A stretch of DNA of 24,122 bases from Thermoproteota archaeon. GTDB lineage: Archaea; Korarchaeota; Korarchaeia; Korarchaeales; Korarchaeaceae. Shown one piece after another: positions 18,078-24,122 of this stretch. The stretch is taken from positions 1 through 24,122 of the forward strand of contig WALU01000020.1 in the NCBI GenBank assembly GCA_015522685.1. The letters run 5' to 3'. The notes below the pieces were generated by a model, which had not been told where the DNA came from, made no database searches, and saw only the letters and a list, made by a program, of their open reading frames with translations. Numbering within the stretch: position 1 is the stretch's first letter; the number at the start of each line of letters is the position of its first letter. The translations under genes were made by a program, and so were the position numbers.

Positions 18078-19691
18078 ATGAAGCTTGGTAAATCCCTCAT
18101 AATAGCCAAGTACCTGATCAAGAACTACCTGATAAACCCCTTCCTAAAGAGCTTCAGGAAGAAACATGCCCTGATAGCTGGGATATTGGTTGCAATAGTG
18201 ATCTTAGCAGCCATAGTTATCTTTGCCATATTCGCTCCGCCTGAACCAGAGGGAGGGAATAGCAGTTCCAGCGCATCCATAAGGAAAAGTATGATAGCCT
18301 TGGGGCTGAATAAATACGTCATAATCGATGTTGTTAGCTCGGCCTTGACGTTAATAATGGTATTTGAAGTTATTCGGGGAAGGATAACCATATCCGTTAT
18401 GGAAGAAGCTGAGTACGAGGTTCTGTTAGCTCAACCCTTGGACATGGAAACCTACTTCCTCGGGAGGTTCGTGAAAGATACTGTATGGATGTTCACCTTT
18501 ACAGCATGGTACGTATCTCTCATACCCATAGCGACGGATCTATCTAAGGGAAGATCAAAAGCCGTGCTACTTCCAGTATCTATCTTCTTAATGACATCCT
18601 ATCTATCGGCTCTAGATACCCTAATAAGTGAGTTGAAGATAATATGGAGGGAAAAGAAAGATTACCTCCGCTTAACTGCCTTGCTCTACATAATCATCTC
18701 AGCTGCGCACTCCCTTCTCGCTCGGAGGATATCCCCCTTAATCTCAGCACCCTTCATATTCCTAGCCAGATCGATAGTTTACTGCGCGACCATTTCGGAG
18801 AGCATCCTTGACGTCTTACTTTCCTTGGGAGGAGGCACTTTCGTTTTGATTCTAATCCTCCTAGCGGAAATGAAGTTAGCCGACAGAATAAGCCCGGAGT
18901 ATGTGAAGCCTGCATCAATCCTAATGAAAGAGAAGAAATTCAAGAAAAGGGAAAGGAGAAAGATCTACTCGCTAGGATCTAGCGAGTCCGTGTTCAACTA
19001 CCTGTTTCGATGGGAGATAGTGAACAGGAGGCACATAATCACATTAGCACTCATCTTGCTTGCAACGGGTCTTCCCGCCTATATCCTGAGGAGATTTCTG
19101 GTAGCCAAGCTGGGAATCTCGATAGAAACCCTTCAATTCTTGTCCCTATTCCTCATCCCTCTGCTTGCCTCTGAGGCTCTATCCTTCCTAATCAACTCAT
19201 CAATGGCCAAGGATCTCGCAGCATTCTGGATATACAGGGTCTATGCCCGGGATCTTAAACCTATAGCTAGGAGTCTAATGCTAAAATATGCGTTTTATCT
19301 GTCTGAGGCTTTTTTAGTGATCTCGGTCTATGATGCTATCACAGCCAGTCCCTCAATGATCCTTATGCCACTGATAATCCTTCCCCTCACGATCCTCATG
19401 GCTTTTCTACTACTCGCGGTAGTTACGTATCTGGCTTCCAGGCGTAGGATAATTAGACAGGCGCCAGTAGGACTCTACATGCTTGAAGAGCTTGCAGCTA
19501 GTCTAGTAATGGTAATAGTGATTTCAATCTACATGGTATCAGATATACTTATGAAGTTCTTGCTGCCCACAATTCCCGATATTGAATTGGCAGTTATATG
19601 CTTGGTATCACTGGTTCTAGCGTTAATTCTGCATAAAATCTTGACAGAATCGCTCTCTGATCTGATGTTCTCCTACGATGTGCTATCCTGA
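18078..19691 (+). CDS. ABC exporter permease, ~12 TM
   Basis: Abuts the ATPase stop; two hydrophobic halves separated by a basic loop; EYEVLLAQP coupling-helix-like motif. Confidence 0.8.
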   Translation: MKLGKSLIIAKYLIKNYLINPFLKSFRKKHALIAGILVAIVILAAIVIFAIFAPPEPEGGNSSSSASIRKSMIALGLNKYVIIDVVSSALTLIMVFEVIRGRITISVMEEAEYEVLLAQPLDMETYFLGRFVKDTVWMFTFTAWYVSLIPIATDLSKGRSKAVLLPVSIFLMTSYLSALDTLISELKIIWREKKDYLRLTALLYIIISAAHSLLARRISPLISAPFIFLARSIVYCATISESILDVLLSLGGGTFVLILILLAEMKLADRISPEYVKPASILMKEKKFKKRERRKIYSLGSSESVFNYLFRWEIVNRRHIITLALILLATGLPAYILRRFLVAKLGISIETLQFLSLFLIPLLASEALSFLINSSMAKDLAAFWIYRVYARDLKPIARSLMLKYAFYLSEAFLVISVYDAITASPSMILMPLIILPLTILMAFLLLAVVTYLASRRRIIRQAPVGLYMLEELAASLVMVIVISIYMVSDILMKFLLPTIPDIELAVICLVSLVLALILHKILTESLSDLMFSYDVLS

Positions 19692-19692
19692 A

Positions 19693-19700
19693 TTTATAAG
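19693..19700 (+). promoter_or_regulatory. Putative TATA box for the mini-CRISPR unit
   Basis: TTTATAAG ends ~20 nt before the first degenerate repeat; no ORF follows it. Confidence 0.4.
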
Positions 19701-19719
19701 AGAAAGAGTTAATTCGGTT

Positions 19720-19900
19720 GATCCTAGCCTACCTAGAAGGGATTAAAGCTACTTTCTTTAGGAGGAGTCAGCGCGCGTATAAGGAATCCCGAAAAGGGAG
19801 TTGAAAGTTATTTACCGTAGCAGGATTAATCTTTAGTTTAAGAGAGAATTCACGCGAGGAAACACATCTGGATGGCTAGCATTTATAATTCCGAAAGGGG
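19720..19900 (+). CRISPR. Mini/degenerate CRISPR: one intact 24-nt repeat with degenerate copies either side
   Basis: GAATCCCGAAAAGGGAGTTGAAAG at 19784-19807 (TCCC/GGGA stem, then exactly 8-nt GTTGAAAG tag). Degenerate ...AGAAGGGATTAAAG ends 19748, leaving a 35-nt spacer. Partial AATTCCGAAAGGGG at 19887-19900. Confidence 0.7.
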
Positions 19901-20165
19901 CATCTGCATGGCTTCACATGGAACCTCTACTGAAGCAGAGTGAGGGAACCTGTCGAGTGATCTTAGGTTCTTAATTTTTAATTAGTTAAAGTATCTATGC
20001 TATATGCCAAAAAATATGATTTTATTTATTTAGATATCTCATTTCTTTTTTCTTATTCTGTAATGCATTATTAGCGGGCTCTATTTCTACAACCTCTATA
20101 ACAGTTTATATTATCTAGTATCTCTTTCATATTAATAATCTAATTTGAAATTAGTGCATAACTCA

Positions 20166-20216
20166 TTTATAATAAATTAAGATTAAAAGAAAAAGGTATG
20201 CTTTTGTATGGGAGGT
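20166..20216 (+). promoter_or_regulatory. Promoter and RBS of cas operon
   Basis: TTTATAA 20166-20172 at the end of an AT-rich tract; GGAGGT 20211-20216 before ATG 20226. Confidence 0.6.
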
Positions 20217-20225
20217 ATTTTTTAG

Positions 20226-20615
20226 ATGAGCGAGTCAAGTCAGTTTTCCACCAACGACCTACTTAATCGCGCCCTTAGAGTTGTTAGAGTAAGGGGAAAT
20301 ACCACACGTACAAACATAAATAATCTACTAGAAGTTTTGGAGTCTGAACGAAGTGAGATAGGATCTATATATCTTACAGCTGTTTTCACCTTAAGACAAG
20401 CAGCGAGGAGTTTAATAGATCGAAGGATGGCCAGCGAAATTGCTCGTAACCTAGTAGAGATAACATCTTCTAATATCCAGAACAAAAAACAGGTAGCTAG
20501 GAAGTTTTTGGGTCTAGTCAAGTGGTTATTTGAAATAGCCGAAAGGCTAAGATTGGATCTAAGTAATGTGAGGGATTTTGAGAGTCTTGTGAAGCTGCTG
20601 GGAGGGACGATTTGA
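20226..20615 (+). CDS. csm2: Type III CRISPR small subunit (Csm2/Cas11 group)
   Basis: 129-aa helical protein first in operon; FTLRQAAR and ARKFLGLVKWLFE motifs as in crenarchaeal Csm small subunits. Confidence 0.75.
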   Translation: MSESSQFSTNDLLNRALRVVRVRGNTTRTNINNLLEVLESERSEIGSIYLTAVFTLRQAARSLIDRRMASEIARNLVEITSSNIQNKKQVARKFLGLVKWLFEIAERLRLDLSNVRDFESLVKLLGGTI

Positions 20616-20616
20616 G

Positions 20617-21378
20617 TTGGAGGCTCCCTTGAATACATTTGACATGCTTAAGGTAATATACATTATAGAAGGTACCATCATCAATAAAACTCCACTTAGG
20701 GTAGGGAGTAGTAATTCTCAGATAATAATGAGCGCTGTAGATAATCCTGTCTTAATGATGAGGAGAGGAGATCTTGAGGTTCCGGTTATACCTGGTTCGT
20801 CTTGGAAAGGTCTCCTACGGTCTGAGGTAGAGAGGCTTGTCAGATCTACAGAGGAGTTAAAGGAGACATATGGAGATGTTTGGAGAGCTTGTGATATAAT
20901 AGAATTAACGGAAAACGAGGAGCTTCGTAAAAAAGAGGAAGAAAATCCATGCGTTGTATGTAGAGTATTCGGAAATACCGGCATAGCGAGTCATATTCGT
21001 ATTTTTGATTCTTATCCTTTAGGAGACTATTCTTTAGAGGTAATTTCCAGGGTTGCTATCGATAGAGTGACCGGAGGGCAAAGCCCAAAAAGGCTCTTTA
21101 CAGTTCAGGTGGTCTCTCCATTAACAAAATGGAACTTTGAGATGCAGATAATTAATATAGATCTAAGTGAGGAGAGTCCAGAGAGAAAATTAATCTCTTA
21201 TTTGTTTGGAAGAATTATCTCAGGACTGCAAATTGGTGGAGGCAAATCCGTAGGTTATGGCCTAGTCAATATTGATGAAAAAAGTGTTAGAGTTAAGGAA
21301 ATACGAACTGGAAAAGAGGGACTTGCCTCTAAGTCCTACGAGGGTGTTGATGCTCTCAAGGAGCTAGAGGTGACTTAA
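20617..21378 (+). CDS. csm3: Cas7-group RAMP (Csm3/Csx7-like)
   Basis: TPLRVG, VDNP (catalytic Asp position), IPGSSWKG, CVVCRVFG, VAIDR, G-loop IGGGKSVGYG. Confidence 0.9.
   Translation: MEAPLNTFDMLKVIYIIEGTIINKTPLRVGSSNSQIIMSAVDNPVLMMRRGDLEVPVIPGSSWKGLLRSEVERLVRSTEELKETYGDVWRACDIIELTENEELRKKEEENPCVVCRVFGNTGIASHIRIFDSYPLGDYSLEVISRVAIDRVTGGQSPKRLFTVQVVSPLTKWNFEMQIINIDLSEESPERKLISYLFGRIISGLQIGGGKSVGYGLVNIDEKSVRVKEIRTGKEGLASKSYEGVDALKELEVT
20767..20811 (+). repeat. 45-bp exact direct repeat, copy 1 (copy 2 at 21538-21582)
   Basis: GGAGATCTTGAGGTTCCGGTTATACCTGGTTCGTCTTGGAAAGGT identical in both Cas7 genes. Confidence 0.95.
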
Positions 21379-21381
21379 AAT

Positions 21382-22275
21382 ATGACTCAAACACAAATGT
21401 GGATTTCTAATGAACTTCTCATCAGGACAGTTACTTTTAGCGGGTTAATAGAGGCCAAAGAGCCTTTGAGGATAGGTTCAGGGAAGACAGAATCTCTTAC
21501 GTCTACTTCAGATCTACCAGTGCTTAAATTCAGGATCGGAGATCTTGAGGTTCCGGTTATACCTGGTTCGTCTTGGAAAGGTATTTTTAGATCTCGACTG
21601 GAATCTTACCTTCGAACTCATGGTAAAAAGGTATGCGGAGGTCCAGGGAACACCTGTATGGATAGAAGAGAGTTAAAAGATAAGATTGAGTATCTTTTAA
21701 GGAAACCTAACGAGGAGAATCGAAGAGCTGCTATAGAGATATTATCTAAAGAGTTGTGTATGGCCTGTAAGATATTTGGATCACCAAGCTATATATCCAA
21801 GGTTTACTTTTCCGATTCTTATCCCATCAAAGAGGAAGGAATTTACTATTTCTCTCTAGGTAGAAAGCCAGGAATAGCCATAGATAGAAGAACCGGTGCC
21901 GTAAGAAGAGGTGCTTTGTATGATGTGGAGTTCGTGGAACCAGGTAGTAAATTTACCTTTAACCTGACAGCAAGAAACCTGCCGAATTATGCGTTGGGTC
22001 TCCTTGCTAAGATAATTGTTGATCTCAATAATGGTGTGCTCAGGATAGGGGGATTCAAAACTAGAGGGTTCGGTAGGATTTCCTTCATAAAGGTAGATCA
22101 TAGCATCTCTGGAGCATCATACGACAATGATAAGGTCTTTAAGGGATTTACAGATAAGAAGAGACTCTGGTTTGATAAAGAGGACCTAGACGTCGAGTAT
22201 GATGGTACTACATGGAATTTAGTAATAAATCTAGTCTCTCTGGCAGATAAATGGCTTGGACAAGGTGAAAAGTAA
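21382..22275 (+). CDS. csx7: Cas7-group RAMP (Csx7 / SSO1426-like)
   Basis: PLRIGSG, SDLP, IPGSSWKG, Cys cluster VC...TC...CMACKIFG, IAIDRRTG, IGGFKTRGFG. Confidence 0.9.
   Translation: MTQTQMWISNELLIRTVTFSGLIEAKEPLRIGSGKTESLTSTSDLPVLKFRIGDLEVPVIPGSSWKGIFRSRLESYLRTHGKKVCGGPGNTCMDRRELKDKIEYLLRKPNEENRRAAIEILSKELCMACKIFGSPSYISKVYFSDSYPIKEEGIYYFSLGRKPGIAIDRRTGAVRRGALYDVEFVEPGSKFTFNLTARNLPNYALGLLAKIIVDLNNGVLRIGGFKTRGFGRISFIKVDHSISGASYDNDKVFKGFTDKKRLWFDKEDLDVEYDGTTWNLVINLVSLADKWLGQGEK
21538..21582 (+). repeat. 45-bp exact direct repeat, copy 2
   Basis: Identical to 20767-20811, 771 bp downstream, same reading frame. Confidence 0.95.
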
Positions 22276-22276
22276 G

Positions 22277-23209
22277 ATGAGATTGCAGGTCATTAGAGAG
22301 CGTCCAAAGAGTAGAAGTATTTTGAAAGATCTTACGGGAAGCCTGACATTTAAGGTAAAGGTCCTGAATCCAGTACATATGGGGGGAACTGGTATTTCTC
22401 TGAGAGCCAAGGAAGTCATCACTTCAGTAGAGAAGCTTAGGGGAGGTATTGAGGATAAGCTTAGGAGTCTTCAGCAAATTGTAGAGGGACTTCCTATGGA
22501 AAGAGATGTAGTGAGTACATTCGCACTTGGTGAGGAAAGAAAGCCCTCAATCCTAGGAAGCTCTCTCAAAGGAGCAATTAGGTCAAGATTAGAACTGTCT
22601 TTCAAGGGATATAATGGAAGGGTTCCTTCATGCTTTTCGGTAACTGGAGGAAGGGCATTCGTTAGCCGAAAAGGGAGATCTGGTTGGAGGCACCAGAGAA
22701 TTTATCCTTCCTCCACAGAGGATAGAGGGTTTCCATGTAACTACAATAAGTATAGGACTGTTTGTAAGGTATGTGATATATTTGGAGCCCCAGGGCTAGC
22801 TTCCAGGGTTTATTTTCCTTCTATAGAGTTCGAGTGCGACACCGAGACATTCGAGGCATCATTTACAGGATATGTAGAAACTATACCGAGCAATTGCGAG
22901 GCTGTAGGAACGATGAGCTTTGTGGACATGGAACCATATGAGCTGGGACTTGTGCTAATAGGGATGGGTGACATGAAGCCCCTCCTGATAGGTTTCGGCA
23001 AATATAGAGAGCATCGTGAGGGTCGCATGGGCAAGATCAAAATAGAACCGGTTGGATGGTCATTCCTTCCCATCTCTTCAGGAATAGGCTTCGAGGAAAA
23101 GGAGAGATTACTCAGGATAAGAAATGCTGAGGAATTATGGAAGGTGCTCGTAGCTGAAGCAAGGAAGAAATACTCAGATTACTGGGGGAAGGTGAATATA
23201 CCTGCCTGA
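22277..23209 (+). CDS. Cas7-group RAMP (Csm5-like, diverged)
   Basis: PVHMGG, ILGSSLKGAIRSRLE, CKVCDIFG, LIGFGK. Start ATG 22277 behind GGTGA preferred over 22256. Confidence 0.85.
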   Translation: MRLQVIRERPKSRSILKDLTGSLTFKVKVLNPVHMGGTGISLRAKEVITSVEKLRGGIEDKLRSLQQIVEGLPMERDVVSTFALGEERKPSILGSSLKGAIRSRLELSFKGYNGRVPSCFSVTGGRAFVSRKGRSGWRHQRIYPSSTEDRGFPCNYNKYRTVCKVCDIFGAPGLASRVYFPSIEFECDTETFEASFTGYVETIPSNCEAVGTMSFVDMEPYELGLVLIGMGDMKPLLIGFGKYREHREGRMGKIKIEPVGWSFLPISSGIGFEEKERLLRIRNAEELWKVLVAEARKKYSDYWGKVNIPA

Positions 23210-23462
23210 GCGTAAGTTAATCGTAAGATTATCCAAGGACCTAACACAGGTGCTCTATCTAGCTGAAGGTGAAAAAGAAACACCTCTTTCATATGAACCT
23301 CCGGGTTTCACGGCAGCATGGGAGTATGAGGTTATAGAAAGTGATCTCAAGCTGTTCAGGGATAGAAAAAGAGCTGAGGAGGTCTATCTCCATCCTTCAA
23401 TAAGTTACAAAGCGAATACGGAGCTTAGAATAGGCGATTTGTTGGGGGGCGAGAGTAATTGA
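23202..23462 (+). CDS. Small (~86 aa) uncharacterised CRISPR-associated protein, probable CTG start
   Basis: Frame open from 23196; AGGTGA RBS 23190-23195 then CTG 23202; overlaps both upstream stop and cas10 start. Confidence 0.7.
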   Translation: MPERKLIVRLSKDLTQVLYLAEGEKETPLSYEPPGFTAAWEYEVIESDLKLFRDRKRAEEVYLHPSISYKANTELRIGDLLGGESN

Positions 23463-24122
23463 GCTTGAAGATATTCAAAGGAAACGTTGTTCCTGCAAGG
23501 AACCCTGAAGGAGGCATATTGTTGGTGACTGAAGTCCCTGATCCTAAAGTCTTTTCCTCCTACTTAGCACATCTGAGAGAATTCTTAGAGAGTGCTATTA
23601 AGCTATCTGGTGTTCAATCAGAGGAGGATAAGCTCGAGTTAATCGCCGACCTAATTGCTCTCTTCTACAAGGCACCTCTCTTAGAAGAACCTGTGAGGGG
23701 AATACACCTCTCTCCATTCAAAGTATACTTGGCTTATAGGATACTGAGGAATCAATTTGAATATCTCAGAGTCTCAAGAATGAAGGATGTAGTTAAAGAA
23801 ATATCAGACAAGAATATAATTGAGAAGGAGTTCTTACCTCTCTTCAAAATTCTCAATGAAACTACTAGTGAGGCAGAAGCTGTTCTCATGAGATATCCTG
23901 CAGATACTAGACCTGGTTATAATATATCAAGCCTTCTAGTTCACTGGCTAACAGTATCGGCCCTTGCTTGGTCTAGGGGGTACCATCTAGAATTAAGTAG
24001 GAAGAGGTTGGTTATATTAAGGATAGCTTCCCTCTTGCATGATATAGGAAAACCTTTAGAGCCCAAGAGGCATGTAAGCAGGGGAAAAAATGAGGCTATG
24101 AATTTGTTACGAGGCCTAATTG
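23459..24122 (+). CDS. cas10: Cas10 large subunit with HD domain (crenarchaeal Csm type), 3' end outside window
   Basis: Not in ORF track (no stop). TTG 23459, open to window end; PADTRPGYNISSLLVH...SALAW then LRIASLLHDIGKP...H. Confidence 0.9.
   Translation, partial: MSLKIFKGNVVPARNPEGGILLVTEVPDPKVFSSYLAHLREFLESAIKLSGVQSEEDKLELIADLIALFYKAPLLEEPVRGIHLSPFKVYLAYRILRNQFEYLRVSRMKDVVKEISDKNIIEKEFLPLFKILNETTSEAEAVLMRYPADTRPGYNISSLLVHWLTVSALAWSRGYHLELSRKRLVILRIASLLHDIGKPLEPKRHVSRGKNEAMNLLRGLI

Noticed and set aside
17340-19691. ABC exporter as a CRISPR accessory module
   Set aside because: Ordinary exporter features, its own promoter, no CARF/SAVED-like sensor; adjacency alone is not evidence.
19846-19863. 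GAATTCACGCGAGGAAAC as another degenerate repeat at array-like spacing
   Set aside because: Only the first few bases resemble the repeat; no stem or tag.
19960-20165. AT-rich tract as CRISPR leader
   Set aside because: Lies 3' of the repeat's GAAAG end, the wrong side for a leader; better explained as the cas promoter region.
19808-20186. Similarity of the sequence after the intact repeat (reverse complement TAAACTAAAGATTAA) to TAAATTAAGATTAA in the cas promoter (20173-20186)
   Set aside because: Short, gapped and AT-only; expected by chance in an AT-rich tract, and likely upstream of the transcript start.
1-24122. tRNA, rRNA, transposase or integrase genes
   Set aside because: None recognisable by eye; a covariance-model scan would be needed to exclude small ncRNAs.

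Overview
Window from a thermophilic archaeon, probably TACK/Thermoproteota-Korarchaeota-like. This is inferred from TATA-box promoters, GGTGA/GGAGGT RBSs, Thr-rich binding-protein linkers and a crenarchaeal-type cas operon. The left two thirds hold housekeeping and transport genes: a GbsR/MarR regulator, a BMP-type nucleoside ABC importer, a Zn-dependent dehydrogenase, a CPBP protease, an AbrB-ACT regulator divergent from a polar amino acid ABC importer with twin palindromic operators, and an MBL hydrolase. Interspersed are at least six decayed genes that the ORF track misses or mis-starts: an NLTPH-family (possibly Crn4-like) gene, a DUF3782-like nuclease tail, a GH99-like tail, an MNT-like gene, a Fic-HTH gene and an AAA_14/DUF4143 ATPase. 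The right end holds an ABC exporter, a tiny degenerate CRISPR unit with its own TATA box, and the start of a Sulfolobus-Csm-like (type III-D-like) operon: small subunit, three Cas7 RAMPs, a small unknown protein, and an HD-containing Cas10 running off the window. Best candidate for a new system: the mini-CRISPR pseudo-spacer is partially antisense to the 5' part of the first cas gene, suggesting crRNA-like autoregulation of a type III operon at the RNA level (unproven). All family assignments are from motif recognition by eye; no database searches were run.
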